This document shows, piece after piece, positions 29,696 to 39,715 of a stretch of DNA of 64,000 nt (position 1 is its first letter; every line of letters begins with the position of its first letter). Below the pieces are notes generated by a model. That model was not told the origin of the DNA, searched no databases, and saw nothing but the letters and a program-made list of their open reading frames with translations. A program made the translations under genes and the position numbers. The stretch is from a virus (taxonomy: Duplodnaviria > Caudoviricetes): positions 16,849 through 80,848 of IMG/VR virus record IMGVR_UViG_2910822364_000002; one strand, 5' to 3'.

Positions 29696-30887
29696 ATGAA
29701 ACATATTAACTTAGAACAGTTTGCAGGAGGGAAACTTTCAGTACAGCTTAATAAGGCATTAGAAAAGATCACTGAAAATGTTCAGGATCCGAACACTGAT
29801 GCGCAGAAGGTCAGAAAGATCAATGTATCAATCAGTTTCCGGCCAAACGATGAAAGAAACTTTGTGGCAACTACGGTAGAAACAAAGTTAAGTCTTGCAC
29901 CAGAACTTGGAGCTACAACAGCACTGAGTATGGGCAGAGATCTTCGCACCGGAGAGGTTGAAGCGGTTGAAATCTTTAACCAGATTCCTGGTCAGATGAA
30001 TGTTGATGATGTGATCGACCAGGAAGAAGATGAAACACCGAAAGCTTTTGATCCGGATACTGGAGAGATCTACGAACCAAGCAACAAAGTGATTGATTTA
30101 AGAAAAGCAAAACAGGCATAAAACAGGAGGATACATAACAATGGATAATACATTTTTAAGAGAAGCAATCGAAAAGATCGAAGAATTGACAGACAGTGCA
30201 AGAGAGCCACACGTTGTAAAAATCGCAGGAAAGACTTATTGCGATAAATCTATGTCACGATATGACAGAGAAGAGTTTGCAGAACCATTGACAGCTACAA
30301 GTCTTAATTCTCTGATCGATTATATCAGTGGAAAGAGTGAAGAGTTAAGAGAATCTATGATCATTCATGTAGAATCTCCAACAAAAGTAAGATTACTATC
30401 TGGTCTTACAAATGAAAGAAATCGAGAAGAATTATTCCGCGTAGGTACAAATCCAAATGGTTTTGATTTCGATCATTACTATGATCAGGAAGCGTTTGTA
30501 ATTAATATGCAGACTGCCTTTAAACAGAGTGATGAAACAGAACTGATTCTTTCAGTTGCTGGAAACGTAGAAAATAAAACAGTGGCCAACTATGGAGATG
30601 ATGGAGTCAGCCAGAAAGCTACGATCACAAAAGGTATTGCAGGAAAAGAAGATGTGATCGTACCAAATCCAGTAACACTTCGCCCATATCGTACCTTCCT
30701 GGAAGTAGAACAGCCAGAAAGCAAGTTTATCTTTCGAATCAGAGAAGGTTCTGATGGGCAGCCAATGTTTAAATTGGTAGAAGCTGATGGTGGTCTCTGG
30801 AAGTATGAAGCTGTAGATGCTATCAAGAAATATTTAACAGAGAATTTACCGGAAGAACTGTTAAAAGTGATCACGATCATCGGGTAA
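29696..30887 (+). CDS. Two conserved phage early proteins (29696-30121, 30141-30887)
   Basis: Long ORFs with RBS; second has V.VPNPVTLRPYRTF.EVEQP motif common in Firmicute phages. Confidence 0.7.
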
Positions 30888-30892
30888 CAGTT

Positions 30893-31321
30893 ATGGAGAC
30901 AGTTAGATTTACAGTCCCTGGTGAACCGAAAGGAAAAGCCAGGGCAAGAACTGTCCGTAGTAAAAAAGGTGGAACTTTCTCATATACGCCAGAAGGTACT
31001 ATGTTGTATGAGAATCTGATCAAGTGCTGTTACAGGCAGGAATCAAACAACATCATTTTTAATGACGGACAGCCCTTAAAAGTAACGATCATAGCTTATT
31101 ATCCGATCGTTAAGAGTACAAGCAAGAAAAAGAAACAACAGATGTTGGAAGACCTTATGTTTCCAACGAAGAAACCAGACATTGATAACATTGCAAAAAG
31201 CATTCTGGATGCGTTGAATAAATTAGCATACAGGGATGATACGCAGGTTGTAACGCTGCATATGGAAAAGCATTATGCAGAGAACCCACGAGTTGAAGTA
31301 GAGATAGAAGAAATATTATAG
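30893..31321 (+). CDS. rusA: RusA-family Holliday junction resolvase
   Basis: GEPKGKARAR, KKPDIDNIAKSILDALN...Y.DD.QV. Confidence 0.92.
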   Translation: METVRFTVPGEPKGKARARTVRSKKGGTFSYTPEGTMLYENLIKCCYRQESNNIIFNDGQPLKVTIIAYYPIVKSTSKKKKQQMLEDLMFPTKKPDIDNIAKSILDALNKLAYRDDTQVVTLHMEKHYAENPRVEVEIEEIL

Positions 31322-31339
31322 AGGAAAGGCGGTGTTCTA

Positions 31340-32206
31340 ATGGGCCGTAAACCCAAAACAGGACTAGATTACTTTCCTAAAGATGTCGATTATTACGACG
31401 ATTTTAACATCATGGATCTGATGAACGAGTATGGTCCATTAGGGCAGACCATCTATGATGTTGTTCTATGCATGATTTATCATGAAGGATATTACCTGGA
31501 AGTGCCTAAAATGGAGCAGTTAGCGGTAAAAATAATCAAAACCATTGGTAACCGCTGGGTAAAGAAAAAGGACTTTGTGTTACAAGTAATTCATTATTGT
31601 GCGGAGATAGGTCTTTTCGATCAAGACCTCCTGAATCAAAATGTTATTACCTCTGTTGGAGTTCAGCGACGCTATAAAGAAGTGACTGTTAGGAACAAAG
31701 TCGATAGAAGTAAATACTGGTTGATTGATGAAAACGGTCAACCTTTATTAAATGCACCACAAAATAGCATTTCCGTAACAGAAACAAGCATTTCTGCAAC
31801 AGAAAAAGATATTTCTGCAACAGAAAAACGACAAAAGGAAAGTAAAGTAAATAAAAATATATATTATAGCAATCCAGATCTGAACAGAGAGTTCTGTCTT
31901 TACCTTGATATGAGGAATCATACTGGACCAACATTATCTGCAGAACAGATCAATGCCTTGAAAGAAGAACTTGATTCTCTGGCTGAGAACGATTCTGATA
32001 AGTTGGGTATTGTAAGAAAAGCATTTGGTGGAGGTTATAAGAGCTTCTTCCCTACATCAAAGAAACGGAAGAAATCAACACCGAAGCCAAAGAAAGAAGA
32101 AACTATACACAATTTTACCCAAAGAGAAGTAGCAGATCGTGATTATGAGAATCTGGAAAGACAGTTATTAAAGAAACAATTAGGAGGTGACATAACGTAT
32201 GGATAA
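31340..32206 (+). CDS. Replication initiator (DUF4373/Lin1244-like)
   Basis: MGRKPKTGLDYFP.DV...; ITS.GVQRRY; internal low-complexity repeats (ISATE). Confidence 0.8.
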   Translation: MGRKPKTGLDYFPKDVDYYDDFNIMDLMNEYGPLGQTIYDVVLCMIYHEGYYLEVPKMEQLAVKIIKTIGNRWVKKKDFVLQVIHYCAEIGLFDQDLLNQNVITSVGVQRRYKEVTVRNKVDRSKYWLIDENGQPLLNAPQNSISVTETSISATEKDISATEKRQKESKVNKNIYYSNPDLNREFCLYLDMRNHTGPTLSAEQINALKEELDSLAENDSDKLGIVRKAFGGGYKSFFPTSKKRKKSTPKPKKEETIHNFTQREVADRDYENLERQLLKKQLGGDITYG

Positions 32207-32930
32207 TTTGATTCCTGTTAACTATGAAACAGAAGAACCAACAGTTTCAGCAAGAGATTTGCATAAAGCATTGAACATTCAATCCAGATTTAGCAGATGG
32301 TTTGAAAATAATAAGAGACTATTTGTTGAAGGTGAGGATTATAACAAATGTACATCAAATACAGTTGTTAATAATGGAGCTGTTAGGGAACTAGAAGATT
32401 ATCAAATAACAATGATAATGGCAAAACATTTGGCTATGATGTCTAGGACAGAAAAAGGAAAAGAAGTTAGGGATTATCTTATTAATCTTGAAAGAGCTTG
32501 GAATAGTCCAGAGCAAGTATTTGCAAGAGCTTTGAAGATGGCAGATAAGACAATTGATAAATTAAAATCTGATAATGTAATTTTAATTGAAGACAATGAA
32601 AGAATGAAACCAAAAGAAATTTTTGCAGATGCAGTAACAGCAAGTGACACATCTATCCTAATCGGAGAACTGGCCAAGATTCTTAGACAGAATGGAGTTC
32701 AGACAGGGCAGAATAAACTGTTTGAATGGCTGAGAAATAATGGATATCTGATCAAGAGAAAAGGATCAGACTGGAATATGCCAACACAGAAAGCGATGGA
32801 TATGGATCTGTTTGAAATCAAAGAAACGGTAATCAACAATCCAAACGGATCAACAAAAATCAGTAAGACTACAAAGGTCACTGGTAAAGGGCAGCAGTAT
32901 TTTATTAATAAGTTACTTGCTGCAAGCTAA
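32199..32930 (+). CDS. Antirepressor (AntA/AntB + KilAC)
   Basis: VSARDLHKAL N-domain; LIGELAKILRQNG..GQNKLFEWLR and TKVTGKGQQYF C-domain. Confidence 0.9.
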   Translation: MDNLIPVNYETEEPTVSARDLHKALNIQSRFSRWFENNKRLFVEGEDYNKCTSNTVVNNGAVRELEDYQITMIMAKHLAMMSRTEKGKEVRDYLINLERAWNSPEQVFARALKMADKTIDKLKSDNVILIEDNERMKPKEIFADAVTASDTSILIGELAKILRQNGVQTGQNKLFEWLRNNGYLIKRKGSDWNMPTQKAMDMDLFEIKETVINNPNGSTKISKTTKVTGKGQQYFINKLLAAS

Positions 32931-33193
32931 GTAAATAAAGGCATCCGGTTGATCTCTGTCCGTAGCAACCAACAACCAAAGATTGTTGTTAAAAAGTCGT
33001 AGTAATAGTCGTGGTAGTTGTGGGTTTCGGGATGATCTTAAGCGACAGGACGTAAAAAGATGATCACATGCGGACAGAGATCAGCCGGATGGACTGAATT
33101 ATATACCACAGTAACTATTAACATGCATAAGAAACAAGCCAATGTATAAGCCATGAGCCTGCTGCTTAAGGCAGTGGGCAGAAAGGAGAACTG

Positions 33194-33412
33194 ATGGCAG
33201 ATTACAGCAAAGGATTTAAAAGACGTGTTGTACAGTTATGGATCCAACATGGTATGTCCACAAATGAGATCAGCAGAACATCAGGCATCGATCATAAGAC
33301 ATTGATGAAGTGGTATAAGCGTTTCTACCCTGAGTTAACAGGGGGGGGCGAGACAAAACACGAAAGTTTGCAGTGGCATTATGTAGGCAATTGTTCCGGA
33401 TATCATAAGTAA
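33194..33412 (+). CDS. Small HTH protein (transposase-like HTH fold)
   Basis: YSKGFKRRVV...STNEISRTSGIDHKTLMKW; no catalytic domain. Confidence 0.6.
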   Translation: MADYSKGFKRRVVQLWIQHGMSTNEISRTSGIDHKTLMKWYKRFYPELTGGGETKHESLQWHYVGNCSGYHK

Positions 33413-33671
33413 AGGAGTATGATCAGACAGCTTAACTTTCTATCTGATTAAGATTTTTCGAGTAACTATTAACGAAGCAAGCAAACGTAAACATATTTTT
33501 CAGGTTTTTTGTATTTTTATTTTTCACAAACTAGATTTGGTATTACAATTTTTCAAATCACAGGAGAAGAATCACGGCAGTTTATATGATCGGGCAAGAA
33601 ATTATAGAAATGTGATCAGTATAAATGCTGTTTCAGGTAGAAAGTTAAGCTGTCTGAGATAGGTAGATAGT

Positions 33672-35812
33672 ATGAGTAAACAAGATTATATCATGCAGGG
33701 CAGAAATGAAGGAATTGCGTTCTGTGACAAAATAGCAAAAGAAAAAGGATTAGAAGAGCTACAGAGAGTAACAAGACAGAGAAATCTTGCAGGGCTTCGA
33801 ACACTAATAGATCCAAGAGAACTTGATCAGGATTTTAGAGATGCAACACTACAGATTTTAGATACTGTGTTGATCATGAGTCTTATAGTCTTGAAAGATG
33901 AATTTGATTTCGGAACTAAGAGATTAGATCGATTCAAAAAAAGATTCAATGACAAAACAGAGTGTTTAGAAACAGGAAATGTGACATGGATCGATATGAT
34001 CGAGCAGGTCAGAGAAGAAAACAACATTAAATTAGATCTTAGAAAGAACGATGTAGTGATGGCATGGAGGAGAAAATAATGGTAAACAAGAAAGAATTTG
34101 AAGGTTACATCTGTGAGATCACCAATAAGCCAATCAGAGAGATGAGATTATGTCCGGACAAGCAACAGAAGTTAAAGGTTCGGATCAAGTGCGATAAGGG
34201 ATGTGTCTGGTGTGAAAAGGAAAGGAGATAATGGAGATCTATGTTAATACAAGTCGAAGATAAAACGATTGTAAATATGCAATATGTCAGAAGTATATGG
34301 ATTTGTGAACATCAATACAAGATAGGAGAAAAGGAGTACAGTGTCGAATGTGAGATGACAGAACAAACATCTGAAACTGTTAAGAGATGCAAGACAAGAG
34401 AAGAAGCTGAAAACGTATTAGAACAGATACTTAATCAGTATGACAGAGGGCAGAGAGTCATCAAGATCAGCAATTGTTAAAGAAAGTTAAGGAACAACTA
34501 ATATATCAACTAATACATCAACTAATAGAACAATACAACAGTTGATGTATCAGCTGGAAGGAGAAGAGAATATGATTACAAAGGCACAATTCAAGGACGC
34601 ATGCAAAAAGGCAGCTATTTATACAATTATGAGCCATCCAGAAAGAATCAGCGATAATTGTATAAACGACGAAGAGGTAGTAGCAATCTTAGTAAGATTT
34701 TATGAAAAGATTTTTAGAAAAGTATATAGAGACAAAGAGGAATCAAAAGAATGTATAGATATAAATGAGGTAGATGAAATATACGTTATCGCATTTGATT
34801 GTCTGTACAAAGATGATGGAATAACACCAAATTATGTAATATATCAAGAAAATATGTTGTGTTTAACAAGTATAAATGCTTTATATGAAATTTTAAGAAG
34901 CAAAATCGAAGATGATTATTACGAATTAGAAAGAGACATTGACGGCTTATTAAATATGTGGAGCGACTAACAGTATGCGAGAAAGGAGACCAGAGAATAT
35001 GGAAAATACAAGAGAAAAAATAGAGGTAGTGGCAAAAATGTTAAATGGAAGACACATGCCGAAACCTTACGAAGTGTACAAACACTTTAAAGGGAACTTA
35101 TATGTTGTCCTTAATGTTGCTCGCCATACAGAGACAAATGAATTGCTTGTAGTATATGCTGCTACAAAAGAAATGCAAAGAATCTATGCAAGACCATTAG
35201 AAATGTTTATGAGTGAAGTAGATCACGAAAAATATCCTGATGCAAAGCAAAAATACAGGTTTGAAAATATAATGGAGGGTTAATCTATGATTATTGGATT
35301 TATAAGTGGATTATTTATCGGAGCAGTTGCAGGAGTGGCAGTGATGTCACTCTGTGCTGCAGCGAAAGAGAGGGATGAGTTATGACAATAACAGAGAATC
35401 TTACAGGTGTCGTGAAAGAAGATCATAAGAGAGTGAAGACAGTAACGGACATTCTGGAAGAAGTTAGAACTGAGATGTGCGATGGTTATTGCGTATATCC
35501 AAGAACAACGCCGAATGATTATGAAAAATATAAAAGGATATGCGATGAAGAATGTCCACTGAACAAATTATAAGGAGTGATACATAAATGGGATATCAAG
35601 ATTGTCCATGTTTCAAGTGTGATCATGGCAAAGAAAGAGAAAAGCGAGTTGAATGTCGAAGAAAATGCACTGAATTTACTGCATGGAAGTTAAGTATGCA
35701 GGCAATAAGACAAAAGAAAAAAGAAGATAAAGACAAATACTATTCGACAACCAAAGGGAAGTTTTACAAAAGAAACCTGATGAAGCAAAAAGGTGGAAGA
35801 AAGATATGGTAG
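33672..35812 (+). CDS. Cluster of small phage accessory ORFs (33672-34079, 34241-34480, 34542-34970, DUF1653-like 34975-35283, DUF3789-like 35287-35385, 35382-35573, 35588-35812)
   Basis: Tightly packed + strand ORFs; YKHFKG.LY.V...A.HTET.E..VVY identifies the DUF1653-like one. Confidence 0.65.
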
Positions 35813-35944
35813 ATCCATGCAAAGCCTGTGCAGAGATAATCTGCATGGGCATTTGTGCCGATCGGGCGCAATACAAGCAAGAGTACCAGGAGATGACAGA
35901 TCGGATAAGGCAGCAGATAATAAATCGTAACAGGAGGGGAGAAC

Positions 35945-36400
35945 GTGGACAAGAACGTACTGATCCAATACGCAGACATGATTGAAGAAGTAAAAGATAT
36001 AAGAAAACGAATCCTACAGACAGAGAAGCAGATCAGCAGGATTGAGGAAGAAGGAACTGTAAAAGACACAGTAAGCGGCGGCATGGGTGGAATCCAGCAT
36101 TTTGTAGTGGAGGGTATGCCAGTACCAGAGTTAAGACGAAAGAAGCTGCTGCTTAATAAACGAAAAGCAATGCTGATTGAGAAAGAAAACGAGCTCTTGG
36201 AACTTATGAATCAGGTAGAAGAGTACATAAATAGCATTGAGAAGAGCGAACTAAGAATGATGTTTAGATTTTATTACATTGATGGCATGACGTGGCTGCA
36301 GGTAGCACATAAGATGAATCAGTTACACCCTAAAAGGCGAGTAGCTTATACAGAAGACAGCTGCAGAATGAGAAATACAAGATTTTTTCAAGAAAATTAG
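35945..36400 (+). CDS. Late transcriptional regulator (ArpU/sigma-70 region 4-like)
   Basis: Coiled coil then FRFYYIDGMTWLQVA HTH; last early gene before packaging. Confidence 0.7.
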   Translation: MDKNVLIQYADMIEEVKDIRKRILQTEKQISRIEEEGTVKDTVSGGMGGIQHFVVEGMPVPELRRKKLLLNKRKAMLIEKENELLELMNQVEEYINSIEKSELRMMFRFYYIDGMTWLQVAHKMNQLHPKRRVAYTEDSCRMRNTRFFQEN

Positions 36401-36500
36401 AAAATGTTCGGTCACGTTCGCAAAAAATAGGCTAATATATAGGCTAGAGCGATTAGATGAAGCGATACTTCATAAATGTTCCTTTTTCTTGCTAATAAAA

Positions 36501-36555
36501 ATACGTACAAAATACGCATAAAATTATTGACTTATACGCATTTTGTACGTATAAT
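36501..36555 (+). promoter_or_regulatory. hicAB promoter with overlapping inverted-repeat operator
   Basis: TTGACT (36527)-17 nt-TATAAT (36550); 21-bp arms 36501-36521 and 36532-36552 with 2 mismatches. Confidence 0.8.
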
Positions 36556-36587
36556 GAACATATAAATTAAAAAAAGGAGAGTTTTTC

Positions 36588-36758
36588 ATGAAGAGAAGAG
36601 ATTTGATTAAACTCCTTGAAAAAAATGGATGGTATTTAAAACGGAATGGTGGGAACCATGATCTATATACAGATGGTAACAGAATTGAGCCAATTCCAAG
36701 ACATCCAGAGATTAAGGAGCGATTAGCTAAATCTATTATCAAGAAACTGGGGCTTTAA
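36588..36758 (+). CDS. hicA: HicA mRNA interferase toxin (56 aa; below ORF-track cutoff)
   Basis: Hand translation MKRRDLIKLLEKNGWYLKRNGGNHDLYTDGNRIEPIPRHPEIKERLAKSIIKKLGL; GNH motif; AGGAG RBS. Confidence 0.92.
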   Translation: MKRRDLIKLLEKNGWYLKRNGGNHDLYTDGNRIEPIPRHPEIKERLAKSIIKKLGL

Positions 36759-36835
36759 GCCCCAGACTTGGTGGATTCATGAAAAACAAAAATGAAAAAA
36801 GGATCAAACGGCAAGATTTTAGGAGGAACGGAAAC

Positions 36836-37243
36836 ATGGCAAAGAAAGTAGCGTATCCGGTTATTTTAAAACCGGATCAAGAAGGGTATTATGTAGAAAT
36901 CCCTGATTTTGATATCGCTACAGAAGGCGATACAATAGCAGAGGCTATGGAAATGGCCAGAGATGCTATTGGATTGATGGGGATTGATATGGAAGATGAG
37001 AAAAAAAGTCTTCCAGAACCAAATTCAAAAGCTCAAAATGTAGAAGCAGGAGACACAGTAACACTTGTAGATGTAGACTTTACAGAGTACAGAAAGAGAG
37101 TGGATAATAAAGCAGTTAAGAAAAACTGTACAATTCCATATTGGATGAGTGTAGAAGCCGATAAAGCGGGAATTAATTATTCACGAGTATTACAAGATGC
37201 AATTTCTAATATATTAGGAGTTGCGCGTACAACAAAAGGTTAA
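36836..37243 (+). CDS. hicB: HicB antitoxin
   Basis: YPVIL...GYYVEIPDF...TEG.TIAEA.EMARDA; C-terminal VKKNCTIP.W RHH; AGGAGG RBS. Confidence 0.92.
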   Translation: MAKKVAYPVILKPDQEGYYVEIPDFDIATEGDTIAEAMEMARDAIGLMGIDMEDEKKSLPEPNSKAQNVEAGDTVTLVDVDFTEYRKRVDNKAVKKNCTIPYWMSVEADKAGINYSRVLQDAISNILGVARTTKG

Positions 37244-37267
37244 TCAAATCTCAAAATATATTGAATT

Positions 37268-37289
37268 AAGCACCTTCGGGTGCTTTTTT
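37268..37289 (+). terminator. Rho-independent terminator of hicAB
   Basis: AAGCACC-TTCG-GGTGCTT then T-run. Confidence 0.85.
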
Positions 37290-37304
37290 CGTGCATAAAT
37301 TTAA

Positions 37305-37378
37305 GGACCTCTAGCTCAGCAGGTCAGAGCAGTCGGCTCATAACCGATCGGTCCAGGGTTCGAGTCCCTGGTGGTCCA
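37305..37378 (+). tRNA. tRNA with CAT anticodon, most like tRNA-Ile2 (lysidine, AUA-decoding)
   Basis: Cloverleaf GGACCTC / D-arm / GTCGG-CTCATAA-CCGAT / CAGGG-TTCGAGT-CCCTG / GTGGTCC-A; acceptor GGACC and anticodon arm resemble Bacillus tRNA-Ile2; CCA not encoded. Confidence 0.9.
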
Positions 37379-37402
37379 TTTGAAATATAGGAGGGAAAAC
37401 AT

Positions 37403-37585
37403 ATGATCAGATTACAAGCAGAAGATTACTGCCAGAACTGTGAAGAGCTCAAACCAGAAACACAGGTTATGAGCAGAGGATATGTAGGGACTGGTTGTAA
37501 AGTGGATACAACAATTCGATGCAGTGATGCTCAGAAATGTGAAAGACTATGCGAGTACCTGAAGAAGGAGGGCGGTAATGTGTGA
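37403..37585 (+). CDS. Small Cys-containing hypothetical protein
   Basis: CxxC plus C-terminal Cys residues; RBS AGGAGG. Confidence 0.55.
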   Translation: MIRLQAEDYCQNCEELKPETQVMSRGYVGTGCKVDTTIRCSDAQKCERLCEYLKKEGGNV

Positions 37586-38460
37586 ATGAAGAAAAAAACT
37601 ACATATTGGCAGAATCCGATTACGTGGCCGGAATGAAGTATAAAGACATTGCTGCCAAGTATGAAGTTTCGATAAATACTGTGAAATCGTGGAAGAAACG
37701 ATACGCATGGTCGAGGAACAAAAAGACAGGATGCATCCAAAAGGGGTGCACACAAAATAAAAAGGGTGCACACAAAAAAGAAGCCGTTGCGGAGGATGTA
37801 AGTCAGGTCGTGATCAACGATGAACTTACCGATCAGCAGCAGCTTTTTTGTTTGTACCAATCCAGAATGTTTAATTATACGAAAGCTTACATGAAAGCTT
37901 ATCCAGGATGTACTTATGCATCTGCTGCCGTATTAGGAAGCAGGCTTATGAAGAATCCAGTGATCAGAAAAGAGATTGAACAGCTAAAGCAGAATCATAT
38001 GAACAGGGAACTGTTAAAGCAGGAAGATATCTTTCAAAAGTACATGGATATTGCGTTTGCAGATGTGACAGATTATGTATCGTTTGGGCGAGAAAATATT
38101 CAAGTTATGGGTGCTTTTGGTCCAGTAATGGTAGAAAACAAAGAAACTGGAAAAAAAGAAGTTCTCGAAAAAGAAGTCAATACTGTGAAATTCAAACAAT
38201 CTGAAGATGTTGATGGAACGTTGATTATGGAAGTGAAGCAAGGAAAAGACGGAGCGAGTATTAAGCTGGTTGATAAGATGAAAGCTTTACAATGGCTTGC
38301 AGATCATATGGATATTGCTACAGTTGAACAGAAAGCTAAGATTGAGCAGATCAGAGCTAAGACAGCGATCATGTCCGGAACATCCGAAGAAGAGACAGAA
38401 GACGATGGATTCATCGAAGCCTTAAAAGGTGAGGTGGCAGATGTATGGGAAGAAGAATAA
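37582..38460 (+). CDS. Terminase small subunit
   Basis: N-terminal HTH (KYKDIAAKYEVSINTVKSWKKRYAW), QQLFCLY...NYTKAY.KAY, KL.DKMKAL. Confidence 0.88.
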   Translation: MNEEKNYILAESDYVAGMKYKDIAAKYEVSINTVKSWKKRYAWSRNKKTGCIQKGCTQNKKGAHKKEAVAEDVSQVVINDELTDQQQLFCLYQSRMFNYTKAYMKAYPGCTYASAAVLGSRLMKNPVIRKEIEQLKQNHMNRELLKQEDIFQKYMDIAFADVTDYVSFGRENIQVMGAFGPVMVENKETGKKEVLEKEVNTVKFKQSEDVDGTLIMEVKQGKDGASIKLVDKMKALQWLADHMDIATVEQKAKIEQIRAKTAIMSGTSEEETEDDGFIEALKGEVADVWEEE

Positions 38461-39710
38461 AGAAAGCTGTCTTTAAGTTTCGGCCGTTCTCTAAGAAGCA
38501 GAAAAAGATACTTACCTGGTGGCTGCCAAATTCTCCAGTACATGATCAGGATGGAATCATAGCAGATGGAGCAATCCGATCGGGAAAGACAGTTTCTATG
38601 TGCTTATCTTTTGCAATGTGGGCAATGGAAACATTCAACGGCCAAAACTTCGGTATGTGTGGGAAAACGATCGGTTCTTTCCAGAGAAACGTACTTTTTT
38701 GGTTAAAGCTTATGCTTAAGAGTCGAGGATACCACGTTGAAGATCACAGAGCTGATAACTTAGTTGTTATCCGAAGAGGTGGCAAAGAGAACTATTTCTA
38801 TATCTTCGGTGGAAAAGACGAGCGATCACAGGATTTGATACAGGGTATTACTTTAGCAGGAGTCTTTTTTGATGAAGTTGCATTGATGCCTGAATCTTTT
38901 GTCAACCAGGCAACAGGACGTTGTTCCGTTGATGGATCAAAATATTGGTTTAACTGTAACCCAGATGGACCTTATCACTGGTTTAAGACTAATTGGATTG
39001 ATCGTGCAGATGAAAAGAAACTTGTCTATCTACATTTCACAATGGACGACAATCTGAGTCTATCTGAGCGAATTAAAGCAAGATATCGGGCGATGTATAC
39101 CGGAGTGTTTTACAAGCGCTATATCCTAGGTCTGTGGGCCGTAGCCGAGGGAATTATTTACGATATGTTCAATACAGAAAAGCATGTTGTAAAAGACCAG
39201 CAATCAGTAGTAGGCAGTAAATACGTCAGTGTCGATTATGGTACACAGAATGCGACAGTATATCTTCTGTGGGAAAAGAATCACAAGGGACAGTGGGTTG
39301 CTACAAAAGAATATTACTATTCTGGCCGAGATGAGACCACGCAGAAGACCGATGGAGAGTATGCAGATGACATGGAAGAGTTCCTGGAAGGAATCAATGT
39401 TGAATCAATCATTGTCGATCCGGCAGCCGCATCCTTTATCGCAGAACTTAAGAAACGAGGATTTAAGGTTAAGAAAGCAAAGAATGATGTACTTGATGGT
39501 ATTCGATTTGTCGGAAATCTGTTAAATCTAAGTGTATTACAGTTCTCTGAATGTTGTAAAGAAACAATCAAAGAGTTCGGTTCTTATATCTGGGATGACA
39601 AGGCATTGGAACGTGGAGAAGATAAACCAATTAAGCAGCATGATCATTGCATGGATGCGGTAAGATATTTCGCTTACACAATTGTGCGACGTGAACGAAA
39701 ATGGAGTTGA
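38445..39710 (+). CDS. Terminase large subunit (PBSX family)
   Basis: GAIRSGKT Walker A, FDEVA Walker B, VDYG and DHCMDAVRY nuclease motifs. Confidence 0.95.
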   Translation: MGRRIKKAVFKFRPFSKKQKKILTWWLPNSPVHDQDGIIADGAIRSGKTVSMCLSFAMWAMETFNGQNFGMCGKTIGSFQRNVLFWLKLMLKSRGYHVEDHRADNLVVIRRGGKENYFYIFGGKDERSQDLIQGITLAGVFFDEVALMPESFVNQATGRCSVDGSKYWFNCNPDGPYHWFKTNWIDRADEKKLVYLHFTMDDNLSLSERIKARYRAMYTGVFYKRYILGLWAVAEGIIYDMFNTEKHVVKDQQSVVGSKYVSVDYGTQNATVYLLWEKNHKGQWVATKEYYYSGRDETTQKTDGEYADDMEEFLEGINVESIIVDPAAASFIAELKKRGFKVKKAKNDVLDGIRFVGNLLNLSVLQFSECCKETIKEFGSYIWDDKALERGEDKPIKQHDHCMDAVRYFAYTIVRRERKWS

Positions 39711-39715
39711 TATAA

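Noticed and set aside
32975-33063. Val-rich or 26-aa micro-ORFs inside the second long stem (type I toxin idea)
   Set aside because: No suitable start with RBS; the Val-rich frame is preceded directly by a stop.
33194-33412. IS3-family transposase remnant
   Set aside because: Only an HTH; no DDE ORF or IS ends seen; fits a small phage DNA-binding protein.
37305-37378. tRNA-Met call from the CAT anticodon
   Set aside because: Not initiator (no C1-A72 mismatch, no three G-C anticodon-stem pairs); body matches Ile2 better than elongator Met, though not proven.
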